NCBI GenBank assembly: GCA_041659325.1
Contig: JBAZYN010000003.1
Location: forward strand, 7,296-71,295
Length of the DNA: 64,000 bases
From: Candidatus Shapirobacteria bacterium
GTDB taxonomy: Bacteria > Patescibacteriota > Microgenomatia > UBA12405
Reading direction: 5' to 3'
Shown: piece by piece, positions 30,811 to 40,421 of the stretch
Layout: each line of letters begins with the position of its first letter
Position numbering within the stretch: the first letter of the stretch is position 1
The notes under the pieces: generated by a model
What the model was told of the DNA's origin: nothing
Databases searched by the model: none
What the model saw: only the letters and a program-made list of their open reading frames with translations
Made by a program: the position numbers and the translations under genes

Positions 30811-33282
30811 TCAGACGGATAAGGAAACGGGCGGGGTGTACTCTTGTTGGCGATTGGCCCCGGAACTTAAATGGTAAATGAATTTTATAATTTCAACCGT
30901 AAAAAACATAAAAATCGAAAGACCCAGGGCTATCAGCCAATAGGATAGGGGTAGTTTTGCCAGATTGAAAAACTGTCGGGTGGCCGGAGTGGCGAATGGC
31001 AAAATCTGCAGAACTAGACCCGCCACGACGGCCACTATTAGCCATTTGTTTTCAAATAGGTTGTTTTTCCAAAACGGTATCATGAGGGTTCTGACTGAAA
31101 ATACATAGACAAGGGAATCAAGACCAAGGGTGATAAAGACCATTGAGCGGGCAGTAACCAAGTCCCCTGTTAGCCTGAAAGTAAGGGAAAAAACAATCAG
31201 ACAGGTCAGACCGGTGACAATGCTAACAAAGCCAATCAAACTCATCATCCAGGGAGTGACTAGCTTCTCTTTGGCGCAACGGGGGGGTTCTTTCATAATA
31301 CCGGCTCTTTTGGGGTCGATGGTTAAAGACAAATTGGGGAAGCCGTCTGATACCAAATTTATCCAGAGAATTTGCATGGCGGTGACGGGAAGGGGTAGGC
31401 CGGAAACAATGCCGCCAAGAACGACGATTATTTCGGCAAAGGAGTCGCAAAGAAGATAAAGGATAATTTTCCTGATATTTTCAAACATAGCCCGACCTTC
31501 TTCGATGGCTCTAACCACAGTTGAAAAATTGGAATCAAGAAGAATGATGTCGGCTGATTCTTTGGCCACATCAGTGGCCTCGCCGACAACCACCCCGATA
31601 TCGGCGGCGTGAAGGGCCGGGGCATCATTGACGCCATCACCCATCATGGCAACTATTTCCCCGTTTTTCTTTAGCGCTGAAACGATAGCGTGTTTTTGGT
31701 CCGGTGTGGTTCGGGCAAACAATTTGATGGTTTTGACTTTTTTGGCTAACTGGCTAATGGTGAGGTTTCGTAACTCATCACCGGCAATGATTTCATCTTT
31801 GGTTACTTTTATCCCGAGTTGATGGAGGACAAATTCGGTGGTCTTGGCATAATCTCCCGTAATTACTAAAGTTTTTATACCGGCTGAAATGGTTTGGGCT
31901 AAAGCTTCCTTTACCCCCAAACGAACCGGATCGGAAAAAGCCAAAAGACCAATCCAGGTAAGTTTGCTTTTGGCATCAGCCGTGACTAAGCTTTTTTTAC
32001 CAAGAGGGGTACTTTTGCGGGCAAAACCGATAATTCTTTTTCCCTGTAGGGTAAGGCTATCAATCGTGGATAATATTTTGTCTTTTTCTTTTTGGGGTAG
32101 AGTTGTCCAGCCCAGAACCAATTCGGGGGCACCATTGACAAAGACCATATTTTGACCGGCAGACCAGCGGTGAAGACTAACAAAAAACCTTTCTTTGGAG
32201 GAAAAAGGAATACTGTCTAGCCTATGATGCTCGGAAACAAAATCGGTAATAATAGTTCTCCCCCACTCGAAAGCAGAAATAACCATGGGGTCGTCTAAAT
32301 CGTTTGCAAGGAGGACTTGTTTGGCCAAATCGGCTTTGTTGCCAATACAATCTACGACTTCCATTTTGCCCTGAGTCAGGGTGCCGGTTTTGTCAACACA
32401 AATCACAGTAACTCCTCCAAGAGTTTCGGCGGCTGATAATTTTCTGACTAAACCGCGCTGTTTTAGTATCTTTTGCATCCCCACGGATAAGACAACGGTA
32501 AGAGATACCAAAAGACCTTCGGGGATACTCGAGACCGCCAGGGCAACAGAAGTAATAAAAATTTCGGTGGCGCTATATTGATATAAAATCCCCAGAAAAA
32601 AAACATAAACGGTGATAATACCGATGACAATGGCTAACTGTTTGCTAAATGATTTCAATTGTCTTTGGAGGGGGGTATCTGCTTCCGGCTCCTGAATCTC
32701 TCCGGCGATGGCGCCCATTTTGGTCTTTGCCCCAATAGCGTTGACCAACATTGCCGCCTGGCCGGAAGAAATAGTGGTGCCCATAAAAACATCATCACCT
32801 TTAACTTTTTTGGCAGGGAGGCTCTCACCGGTGAGAATAGCTTCGTCAATAAAAAGACGGTTGGCCGATATTAACCGGCCGTCGGCCGGTATTTTGACAC
32901 CCTGATCAAGGATGACAATGTCGCCAACAACAATTTGGGAGGTGTCGATTTGGGTTCTGCTTCCGTTACGGATAACAGTTGCCCTATCGGTCATATAATT
33001 TTTGAGAGCTCTAAGCGCATCGGAAGCCCGATTTTCCTGAACGTAGCCCAAAATTGTGTTGATAAAGACCGCCAAAGAGATGATGGCGGCATCAGTATAG
33101 TGGCCAATTATTAGAGTAATAACAGTGGCGATAACTAAGACATAAACTAAGGGACTTTTTAGCTGTTCGAGTAAAATTGAGAGGTGACTAGCGGCAGGTT
33201 TTTCCGGTAATACATTCAAACCATCTTGTTTTTGTCTTTTGACTACTTCTTCATTTGACAATCCTGGCTCGTCGGGAAACAT
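30811..33282 (-). CDS. cation-transporting P-type ATPase (P2, Ca2+-type)
   Basis: TGES, PEGL, DKTGTLT, TGD and GDGVNDAPAL motifs. Confidence 0.96.
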   Translation of the reverse strand: MFPDEPGLSNEEVVKRQKQDGLNVLPEKPAASHLSILLEQLKSPLVYVLVIATVITLIIGHYTDAAIISLAVFINTILGYVQENRASDALRALKNYMTDRATVIRNGSRTQIDTSQIVVGDIVILDQGVKIPADGRLISANRLFIDEAILTGESLPAKKVKGDDVFMGTTISSGQAAMLVNAIGAKTKMGAIAGEIQEPEADTPLQRQLKSFSKQLAIVIGIITVYVFFLGILYQYSATEIFITSVALAVSSIPEGLLVSLTVVLSVGMQKILKQRGLVRKLSAAETLGGVTVICVDKTGTLTQGKMEVVDCIGNKADLAKQVLLANDLDDPMVISAFEWGRTIITDFVSEHHRLDSIPFSSKERFFVSLHRWSAGQNMVFVNGAPELVLGWTTLPQKEKDKILSTIDSLTLQGKRIIGFARKSTPLGKKSLVTADAKSKLTWIGLLAFSDPVRLGVKEALAQTISAGIKTLVITGDYAKTTEFVLHQLGIKVTKDEIIAGDELRNLTISQLAKKVKTIKLFARTTPDQKHAIVSALKKNGEIVAMMGDGVNDAPALHAADIGVVVGEATDVAKESADIILLDSNFSTVVRAIEEGRAMFENIRKIILYLLCDSFAEIIVVLGGIVSGLPLPVTAMQILWINLVSDGFPNLSLTIDPKRAGIMKEPPRCAKEKLVTPWMMSLIGFVSIVTGLTCLIVFSLTFRLTGDLVTARSMVFITLGLDSLVYVFSVRTLMIPFWKNNLFENKWLIVAVVAGLVLQILPFATPATRQFFNLAKLPLSYWLIALGLSIFMFFTVEIIKFIYHLSSGANRQQEYTPPVSLSV

Positions 33283-33419
33283 ATAATCATTTTCGCATAA
33301 ATTGCTCGTCTTTTTACAAATACCACGACTAGTGACAGAAAAAACATCTTTTATACGATATGATATTTATGTTTTTTATTTTGTTTTAGGTTTTGGGAAA
33401 CAGGGATTGATTGGCCTTT

Positions 33420-33447
33420 TGAAATAAATCGGATAAAGAAATTGTAT
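33420..33447 (+). promoter_or_regulatory. putative ECF sigma promoter TGAAA-N17-TTGTAT
   Basis: Same motif and spacing recur at 34680-34707. Confidence 0.6.
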
Positions 33448-33461
33448 ATATACTAAAGGAA

Positions 33462-34043
33462 GTGATGATCGATGAGGACTGTCAAAATTTAGAGGATAAT
33501 GAATTGGTGGCGCTGTCTTTGGACGACAGCCGGTATTTTTACTGCCTAATGAAACGGTATGAAGAAAAACTGGCCCGGTATGTCCATCGATTTACCTACC
33601 TGGCGGAGGATGATATTGACGATATTGTCCAGGAGTCATTTATCAGAGCCTATCAGCATTTAAACGATTGTGACTGTGATTTGAAATTTAGCAGCTGGCT
33701 GTACCGGATAGTTCATAACCAGGCGATTAATTTTATGAAGAAAAACAAACAATCGATAAAAATAGACTTTGAAAATGATGATGAATTTGTGGACTGGCTA
33801 ATAGCCGACACCAATATTGAAAAGGAAACTATAAAATCGTATTTTAACGATCAGGTCCAAACAATTTTGCAAAAGCTGAAACCGGAATATAAGGAGGTAC
33901 TGGTGCTAAAGTTTTTTGAGGATAAAGACTATTCAGAAATTAGCGACATTTTACAAAAGCCAATGGGGACAGTGGCAACACTTATCTCCCGGGCAAAGAT
34001 ACAATTTAAAAAAATCTATGAAAAAGAAAAAAAATATCAGTGA
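33462..34043 (+). CDS. ECF RNA polymerase sigma-70 factor
   Basis: Region 2 DDIVQESFIRAY..FSSWLYRI; region 4 YSEIS.IL..P.GTV.T.ISRA. Confidence 0.93.
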   Translation: MMIDEDCQNLEDNELVALSLDDSRYFYCLMKRYEEKLARYVHRFTYLAEDDIDDIVQESFIRAYQHLNDCDCDLKFSSWLYRIVHNQAINFMKKNKQSIKIDFENDDEFVDWLIADTNIEKETIKSYFNDQVQTILQKLKPEYKEVLVLKFFEDKDYSEISDILQKPMGTVATLISRAKIQFKKIYEKEKKYQ

Positions 34044-34677
34044 TAAAGCAATAGAGCTTATCAATCAACAAAAAATCAGACCGATCCCGAGGTGGGAATT
34101 TGTGGCGAAAAACTGGGGGCTGTGGCTAGCGCTGACTATGAGTCTCGGAGCCTTGGTTCTGGGAACCGGGGTTTCATGGTTTGGGGTGGTTGAAAACATA
34201 ATTACGCCATATCTTTGGCTACTGGTGGCCTTAGTATTTTTGGGAATTTCATTTTTTTTGTTTGAAAAAACCAAGCGGGCTTACCGATTTTCCAAATGGT
34301 GGGTGATAGCAATCATTGGCATCGTAGGATTAATTATTGGCGGAGTGTTGTTTAGAGCCGGAGTGGCCAACAAGATTGACAGGCGACTGGAAACCACTAT
34401 CCCCTTTTACCGACAGATGGTGCCGATGAAACTCCAAACTTGGAACAGGCCGGAATTGGGATACCTGTCGGGAACTATCACAAAGGTAGCTGACGGGAAT
34501 AATTTTGAGATAAAGGATTTTGGTGGAAATACATGGAGTATCAGCGGCCAAAATATATTGGTGAGAGGGAGGACAAGGATTGAAACAGGGGCGGAGATTA
34601 AGCTTGTCGGGACAAAAACCGGCGAAGGCGAATTTCTGGCTGAGGAAATCCGGCCGTGGGCAGGCAGGCGAAACTAA
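34018..34677 (+). CDS. putative membrane anti-sigma factor
   Basis: Overlaps the sigma 3' end; 3 TM segments plus an extracytoplasmic OB-fold-like domain. Confidence 0.65.
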   Translation: MKKKKNISDKAIELINQQKIRPIPRWEFVAKNWGLWLALTMSLGALVLGTGVSWFGVVENIITPYLWLLVALVFLGISFFLFEKTKRAYRFSKWWVIAIIGIVGLIIGGVLFRAGVANKIDRRLETTIPFYRQMVPMKLQTWNRPELGYLSGTITKVADGNNFEIKDFGGNTWSISGQNILVRGRTRIETGAEIKLVGTKTGEGEFLAEEIRPWAGRRN

Positions 34678-34679
34678 GT

Positions 34680-34707
34680 TGAAAGAAAACTTATGGTCAG
34701 CTTGTAT
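34680..34707 (+). promoter_or_regulatory. putative ECF sigma promoter TGAAA-N17-TTGTAT
   Basis: Matches 33420-33447; precedes a secreted target gene. Confidence 0.6.
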
Positions 34708-34753
34708 TAGTAATAGACAAGGCCTGTCGGATTAACAATTAATTTAAAAACTT

Positions 34754-35116
34754 ATGAAAAATCAAATTGTTTTAGGAGTGGCAGCTTTAGCCCTGGGTTT
34801 GGTGGCAGTTAAATCGTTGACACCGGTTTTGGCATATCGGGGGGACGCTGCAGTCCGCGGCCCCAACTACACCGAGGCCCGACATACTGCCAATTTAAGC
34901 GCCTTTGAAAAAGGTGATTACAAAGCTTGGGCAGCAAATATGCAGGGTCGGGGAGCAACCAGATTTGTTAACGAATCGAACTTTAAGGAGTTTGCCGCTG
35001 CTCAAGTGGCCGCTCAAAAAGGTGATTCAACCCTTCTTGAAGCCTTTAGGGCTAAATACGGCATGGGTAAGGGGAACGGTCAGGGTTGTGGGATGGGTAA
35101 CCGGGTAAATAAATAA
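34754..35116 (+). CDS. small secreted protein (probable ECF target)
   Basis: Signal peptide and Gly-rich C-terminus. Confidence 0.75.
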   Translation: MKNQIVLGVAALALGLVAVKSLTPVLAYRGDAAVRGPNYTEARHTANLSAFEKGDYKAWAANMQGRGATRFVNESNFKEFAAAQVAAQKGDSTLLEAFRAKYGMGKGNGQGCGMGNRVNK

Positions 35117-35137
35117 TATTTTGCCGGTGAATATTGG

Positions 35138-35164
35138 AAAACCCCTCTTTTTGAGAGGGGTTTT
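35138..35164. terminator. bidirectional intrinsic terminator
   Basis: AAAACCCCTCT / AGAGGGGTTTT between convergent genes. Confidence 0.8.
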
Positions 35165-35213
35165 AGTTTGTATTAAATAAAGCTTGATACGCCAATAGGT
35201 ACATTCTTGAAGC

Positions 35214-35822
35214 CTAGACTTTAAGAGCGCCGCGGAACCCCCTTGAGCCATAATAAGATTCGGCCCCGTTGTGATAAATAAAAACATGGTTGTAGCGGCG
35301 ATCGGCAAAAATGGCACCACCAAGTTTTCTGATACTTTCGGGTGTTTTTATCCAACTTGAAGTTTTGGTATCAAAGACACCAAGTGACTGCAGCTGACGA
35401 TATTGGTCCTCCGTTAAGATTTCAATCCCCATGATAGCCGCCATGTCCAGGGCATTGCCCCGGGGCTTGTTGGCTTTTCGAGACTCGAGCGCCTGACGGT
35501 CGTAACAAAGGTTTCTCCGTTCTGTGGGACTTTCGGGAGAACAATCATAAAAAATAAGTTCCCCCGGGTTAAACCCCACCACATCCGGCTGACCGCCGCT
35601 TTGTTCCATTTCATAAAGTGGGAGGAGCTTATCGAGGTTAGCTTCCAACTTTGCCAGAACCTTTTCCCAGACCAAATCCGGGTGACGATTCGGGAAAGTC
35701 TTAAAACGGGCCTGCAAAATATCGAGTAACTTTTGGCTTTCGTCGGGTAAGAGTAATTTTTTGTGGTTATGAAAGTTGCTGCTGCTTATTTTTTTACCCT
35801 CTTTGGCATTATTTTTTTTCAT
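35214..35822 (-). CDS. DUF4256 family protein
   Basis: ME.SGG.PDVV, DCSPESP..RR.LCYD, D.KTSSW and HNGAESYY..RGFRG motifs. Confidence 0.85.
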   Translation of the reverse strand: MKKNNAKEGKKISSSNFHNHKKLLLPDESQKLLDILQARFKTFPNRHPDLVWEKVLAKLEANLDKLLPLYEMEQSGGQPDVVGFNPGELIFYDCSPESPTERRNLCYDRQALESRKANKPRGNALDMAAIMGIEILTEDQYRQLQSLGVFDTKTSSWIKTPESIRKLGGAIFADRRYNHVFIYHNGAESYYGSRGFRGALKV

Positions 35823-35931
35823 AAGAAAAATAAACGTCCTTAATAATCCTGATAAATAACTTTGCATTTTTATAATACGCACTAAGGGTGAAACTGAGGT
35901 AATAAAAAGATATGAATTGGGAAAGAATGGG

Positions 35932-37194
35932 CTATTCACTGTTGATGAACTGTTCCAGCTCTTTGATGTTGCCAAAGGCAACCCGGTCGGGAACATAGTC
36001 CTTCGTCCCTAGCATCATGGCCGGAGTAATGACAAAATCCCCCCATTTTTCCTTAATTTTATCGACGGCTCGGGTGAGGCTGATTTTTTTGGTGATTTCG
36101 TTGAACAAATCGAGCTGAGAAAAATCGGACTTTTTTAGATCAAAAAGAGAAACGGAAAGATTGGCCACCGGTTTGCGATAGGGAGAGGAAACCATAATAC
36201 GGTAGGCATATTTATAAATATCGCCGGCGCTAAAAAGTGGCTCCCGGTGAACAGTACCACCATGATGCCAAAAAGAATGGTCCCGATACAAAAGGGCGAC
36301 ATGAACTCCCCGGGCAGAAAAACCGGCCCGGCGCATACGGAAACTACATTTTTCGACTAGCTTGTGAAGCAGAGGAGAAAGCTTTTCCGGCTCGGAAAGA
36401 GCCGTGGGGAGAGAGTACATATTGCCATAACTTTTGCGACTAAATTCAACATCGTCTATTTCCCAGCCGCGAAGGCGAAGGTACCAATAATAGCCCAAAA
36501 TTGATTGGAAGGCGCAACGGAGTTGGCTGACCGGAGCTTGGTAAAAATCAATTAGGGTGTGAATGCCGACATTGTTTAGCCGAATGGCATTGGCAGTCTT
36601 GATGCCATTTAAATCCGTCAGAGTAAGTTTGGAGTAAACTTGGTGATAGTTTTTTGAATTTATTTCTTCAAGACCGTCCGGTTTTTTTAGATTGGCGGCA
36701 AGTTTGGCTAAAAAACGATTCGGCCCAATACCGATAGAAACGGTGAGCCAGTCACCAATATCCTGTTTGATTTTTTGTTTGATTTCTTTGCCCGCCTGAT
36801 GAAGCCCGAGCCTGAAAGAGGGATAGCCCTCAAAATTCAGGACAAATTCATCGATTGATTTTGGCGAAAAATTAGAAGTATAGCGGGAAATCAGATCACG
36901 AAGCCGGACATGAATATTTCTGTATTTCCAGGGATCAGGGCCAAGAATCTGCAAGTGGGGGCAAAGAAGTTTGCCCTCTTTGACCCGCATGCCGGTTTTG
37001 ACCCCGTATTTTTTGGCTTCGATTGAGGGAGCCAGAATACAACCACTGGGAGTGGTGTAGGCGGCTACGGCAATGGGCCGGCCGCGAAGCAAGGGGTTGG
37101 CTTGCTGCTCGATGGTGGCAAAACAGGAATTCAGATCAATATGCATGATGGTGGAAGGCTTGGAATTAAAAGGAAGGTTAGCCAGGTAATCCAT
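35932..37194 (-). CDS. dinB: Y-family DNA polymerase IV
   Basis: HIDLNSCFA, S.EAK.YGVKTGM, SIDE and LAKLAA..KPDG motifs; clamp-binding QLDLF. Confidence 0.93.
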   Translation of the reverse strand: MDYLANLPFNSKPSTIMHIDLNSCFATIEQQANPLLRGRPIAVAAYTTPSGCILAPSIEAKKYGVKTGMRVKEGKLLCPHLQILGPDPWKYRNIHVRLRDLISRYTSNFSPKSIDEFVLNFEGYPSFRLGLHQAGKEIKQKIKQDIGDWLTVSIGIGPNRFLAKLAANLKKPDGLEEINSKNYHQVYSKLTLTDLNGIKTANAIRLNNVGIHTLIDFYQAPVSQLRCAFQSILGYYWYLRLRGWEIDDVEFSRKSYGNMYSLPTALSEPEKLSPLLHKLVEKCSFRMRRAGFSARGVHVALLYRDHSFWHHGGTVHREPLFSAGDIYKYAYRIMVSSPYRKPVANLSVSLFDLKKSDFSQLDLFNEITKKISLTRAVDKIKEKWGDFVITPAMMLGTKDYVPDRVAFGNIKELEQFINSE

Positions 37195-37438
37195 CGGAGA
37201 TTTCTTCTAAACGCCAGGATAAATTTTCGGTATTTAAATTAAGGCGGAAAAAAGTATCGCCGGAAGTAACGGAAAATATGTGGTGGAGGGTGCGGCCGTT
37301 TCTAAACTGGTGATGGAGGCCGACTTTGGTGATTGAATATTCCCGGCCATCCCAACGAACCCTGAGGGGAGAAACCCTGGCCCCTTTGGGATCATAGACA
37401 GAAATAACGGCGATGGGGACGTCAACCCGAAGATGCAT
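37178..37438 (-). CDS. small beta-rich protein coupled to dinB (DUF6504-like)
   Basis: P..V.W.GR.Y.I and F.L.......W.LEEI pattern; overlaps the dinB start. Confidence 0.65.
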   Translation of the reverse strand: MHLRVDVPIAVISVYDPKGARVSPLRVRWDGREYSITKVGLHHQFRNGRTLHHIFSVTSGDTFFRLNLNTENLSWRLEEISDGLPG

Positions 37439-37450
37439 ACAAGAGTCTAC

Positions 37451-37466
37451 CCGAAGAATACCCGAA
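37451..37466 (-). promoter_or_regulatory. putative LexA box TTCGG-N6-TTCGG
   Basis: Minus strand TTCGG GTATTC TTCGG, 12 nt upstream of the small-gene/dinB operon; matches the direct-repeat motif I recall for Patescibacteria LexA. Confidence 0.7.
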
Positions 37467-37483
37467 GGTCAAGCGGGGTAAAA

Positions 37484-38155
37484 CTAAGAAACCGGTTTGA
37501 TTAGACGGGGATCATTTTCAGAGGAACGATTGAGACGATCGGAGACTTGGGTGGAGAGCATGGAAGAGGGCGAAAAGGGCTTTAAAAGAGCTAAAAGAGA
37601 GTCCGGAGATGTTTTATCATCGAGCCATGTTTTCTCGCTCTGGGGTTTTAAAATTACCGGCATACGGTCGTGAATGGGGCTGATAAGCTGATTTGAGTCA
37701 GTCGTAATAATAGTATAAGTTTGAAGTTTGACACCGTTTGGATCTGTCCATTCTTCCCAAAGACCGGCAAAGGCTAGAAGCGGCTGATCTTTGAGAGTGT
37801 AATAAAAGGGGGTTTTCTTTTTGTTTTTTGTTTCCCATTCATAAAAACCACTGGCGGGAACCAGACAGCGTTGGCGGCGAAAGGCACTCCGATAAGAAGG
37901 CTTAACAGAAACCGTATCTGCCCGGGCGTTGATCATCCTAAAGCCTATTTTGGAATCTTTGGCCCAGGATGGGACCAAACCCCAGCGCATAAGAGAGAAA
38001 TGATTGCCCCTTTCCCCGGAGGTGATAATGGGCATAAACTGACCGGGAGAAACGTTGAAATTAGCCTGTAAATCCAATCCCCCCTCGTCTTTGGGATCAA
38101 GAGAAAACCTGTCAAAAAAATCTTGGCCGGGATAAAAGGCATATCGCCCACACAT
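37484..38155 (-). CDS. SOS response-associated peptidase (SRAP/YedK/HMCES)
   Basis: N-terminal MCGRY, WGLVP.W, INAR, GFYEW and IHDRMP motifs. Confidence 0.95.
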   Translation of the reverse strand: MCGRYAFYPGQDFFDRFSLDPKDEGGLDLQANFNVSPGQFMPIITSGERGNHFSLMRWGLVPSWAKDSKIGFRMINARADTVSVKPSYRSAFRRQRCLVPASGFYEWETKNKKKTPFYYTLKDQPLLAFAGLWEEWTDPNGVKLQTYTIITTDSNQLISPIHDRMPVILKPQSEKTWLDDKTSPDSLLALLKPFSPSSMLSTQVSDRLNRSSENDPRLIKPVS

Positions 38156-38213
38156 GAGATAGTGTAACAAATGGCGGACGACTACTTATTTTCTAATAAA
38201 AGGCACGCCGGAT

Positions 38214-38702
38214 TTACTTGTTTCCTTGGGGCAAACTCTCGCAGGCATCACCATCTTTGTTGCCGTCCAACCTATTTACGTCGTTACCGACACCACCGAC
38301 TTTTAGAAAGAACTTTTGGGCTTCGGGCTGAGTGGAAAAATCGTCACAATTATACTCATCGGCTTTCTTGCCTTTTGAAGAATCGGTGGTAATTTCACCA
38401 AATTTATCAAATAAAATGTTGCCGGCAGAATCCCTGGTAACCTTTGATTGCTCAAATGATTTTGTTTGCCAAAGTTTTCCCAAATCCCAATCGTTTTGAG
38501 AAAATTCAAGGCCAAAAGCCCCCAATAAAGCGACAAAGGCAATTACCAATACCAGTCTTAGTTTTTCGAAAAATATAAAAAGAATAGCAACGATAACAAG
38601 AAGAGCGCCGATGAACCACAATCTGGTCTTGCGGTTTCCGCGGAGCGTTTGAAATTTTGAGGGACTTTTTTCACTTACATCGACATTTTTTTCTTTTGGC
38701 AT
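38214..38702 (-). CDS. membrane protein with C-terminal excalibur Ca-binding domain
   Basis: Two TM segments; NCDDF....EAQ..LDGNKDGDACE. Confidence 0.8.
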   Translation of the reverse strand: MPKEKNVDVSEKSPSKFQTLRGNRKTRLWFIGALLVIVAILFIFFEKLRLVLVIAFVALLGAFGLEFSQNDWDLGKLWQTKSFEQSKVTRDSAGNILFDKFGEITTDSSKGKKADEYNCDDFSTQPEAQKFFLKVGGVGNDVNRLDGNKDGDACESLPQGNK

Positions 38703-38793
38703 ATGTAAGTTATAACACCGGAGGATGAGGATAACAACAAGTTTACGAAAAATATTGCCGGAAAAATATCGTATTTAAAACTTGATGCAAAAA

Positions 38794-39219
38794 TTAAAGA
38801 CTTTTTCTATAGTAACTCAAACAACAACCTTTGGGGAAATCTTCTAGTTTTCCGTAAAGTTTATAGCCCAATTTTTCATAAAATTCTGGTGCCTGCCAGG
38901 TAAAAGTATTGGTATAAGAAAAAGTACAGCCCCTTTTTGTCCCTTCTGCTTCGACGGCTGCCATTAACTTTCTCCCCCACCCCTGTTTCCTAATTGATTC
39001 GTCTACCCACAAAGAATCAATCTCCATCCCATTCCACAAAACTGAGGCAAGAACACAGCCTAATAATTTATCACTTTGGTCCCGCAAGACTATGGAGAAA
39101 ACATCTTTTTTCCTAGGATGCCCTTTGCTAGCATGGTATGCCAACATCCCATCTACTAAGATTTTCCTATCTTCTTCTTTTAAATCCCCATCTTGAAACA
39201 CCAGCTTGTATTCATTCAT
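38794..39219 (-). CDS. GNAT N-acetyltransferase
   Basis: LWVD..IRKQGWG and QAPEFYEKLGY motifs. Confidence 0.9.
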   Translation of the reverse strand: MNEYKLVFQDGDLKEEDRKILVDGMLAYHASKGHPRKKDVFSIVLRDQSDKLLGCVLASVLWNGMEIDSLWVDESIRKQGWGRKLMAAVEAEGTKRGCTFSYTNTFTWQAPEFYEKLGYKLYGKLEDFPKGCCLSYYRKSL

Positions 39220-39304
39220 ATCCAAATCATACACCATTGAAGTTGCGGACATGAAGGTCCGGGGGTAATCGGATGGAGTGATTTTGGAGGTAAGGGGGCG
39301 AGTT

Positions 39305-39742
39305 TTATAACTTTTTGATTAGGCCAACCCGTGAGTGTCCGGAAGAGTAAAAATCTTCGAAGGTAGCAAAGATTTGGTAACCTTGTTTTTGGTAAAAAGA
39401 CGATGCCTCGTAGTCGGCCGTCCAGGTCCAAATATATTTGATGCCGAGTAATTTTATTTTTTCTTCGAGTAGACCTAAAAGCTTTTTGCCCAAACCTCGT
39501 TTTCGGTATGCTTTTTCAACTAAAAGATCACTTAGATAAAAGTATGGCGCATATCCATTTTCGATTTTTTGGGCTAAGCCACTTGAGCAACCAACAAATA
39601 ATTCATTGTCGGTGGCGACAAATCCATGGCGTTGCTGGGTTTCCGGCGGATTACCAAATTCCAACCCATGTTCATCAAAAGCGGCCTGTTCCCGCTTGAA
39701 CTCTGAGTCGGTCATATCACGATCGTCAAATTTGATGGTCAT
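39305..39742 (-). CDS. GNAT N-acetyltransferase
   Basis: YRKRGLG and FYQKQGY motifs. Confidence 0.9.
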   Translation of the reverse strand: MTIKFDDRDMTDSEFKREQAAFDEHGLEFGNPPETQQRHGFVATDNELFVGCSSGLAQKIENGYAPYFYLSDLLVEKAYRKRGLGKKLLGLLEEKIKLLGIKYIWTWTADYEASSFYQKQGYQIFATFEDFYSSGHSRVGLIKKL

Positions 39743-39784
39743 ATGAGTTAGTCTATCAAAAGTTTGGCGGAGAGCTTCGGTTAG

Positions 39785-39813
39785 TCTTACAAACTTCTTA
39801 CCTTTTTTTACTA
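39785..39813 (+). promoter_or_regulatory. triple 11-bp-period TCTTAC box (OmpR-type)
   Basis: TCTTACA at 39785, TCTTACC at 39796, TTTTACT at 39807; the motif recurs upstream of several genes. Confidence 0.6.
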
Positions 39814-39874
39814 TAACACTTGGAAAACTTGGCCATAATCAGGGTGAAATTAATAATTAATAAATGGAGGTCAA

Positions 39875-40117
39875 ATGAGCATTTTAGTTTGGATAATTTT
39901 TGGAGCGATAGTCGGCTGGATTGCCGATTTAATAATGAAGGGAAATCATGGAACGGTGGAAGATATAATTTTGGGAATTGTGGGAGCGTTTTTGGGAGGA
40001 CTTATTATGAACATGATTGGGCAACCCGGAGTGACCGGATTTGATTTGTACAGCATAATGGTGGCGGTGATTGGCGCGGTGGTCGTAATATTCTTGGGCA
40101 GAGCTTTACATAGATAG
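39875..40117 (+). CDS. GlsB/YeaQ/YmgE stress response membrane protein
   Basis: WIIFGAIVGWIA...IILGIVGAFLGG...AVIGAVV. Confidence 0.92.
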   Translation: MSILVWIIFGAIVGWIADLIMKGNHGTVEDIILGIVGAFLGGLIMNMIGQPGVTGFDLYSIMVAVIGAVVVIFLGRALHR

Positions 40118-40148
40118 TTTTTAATTTAATAATTTATAAGGAGTAAAA

Positions 40149-40361
40149 ATGGACGGAGAAACAATAAAAAATCATAAAAAAAAGAGTGTGGCGATGGGCA
40201 TTATTTCGACGGCGGCCGGAATAGGGTTGGTGATTGCAGCAACCAGAGCTTTGAGGAATAAAAATAATCGGAAAAAAATTGCCACCAAAATGACCGAGGT
40301 AAAAAATAAGGTTAGCCAGGCAATGAAAACCGATAGAAAAATATTACCCAAAACGCAGTAA
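40149..40361 (+). CDS. small YtxH-like protein
   Basis: Hydrophobic A/G-rich segment followed by L..K.NR and a charged helix; GGAG RBS. Confidence 0.55.
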   Translation: MDGETIKNHKKKSVAMGIISTAAGIGLVIAATRALRNKNNRKKIATKMTEVKNKVSQAMKTDRKILPKTQ

Positions 40362-40421
40362 TATATGGTGCCAATCGGCTATCGGGGGTAAATAAATAAG
40401 TATTTATTAAGCGTAACCTGA

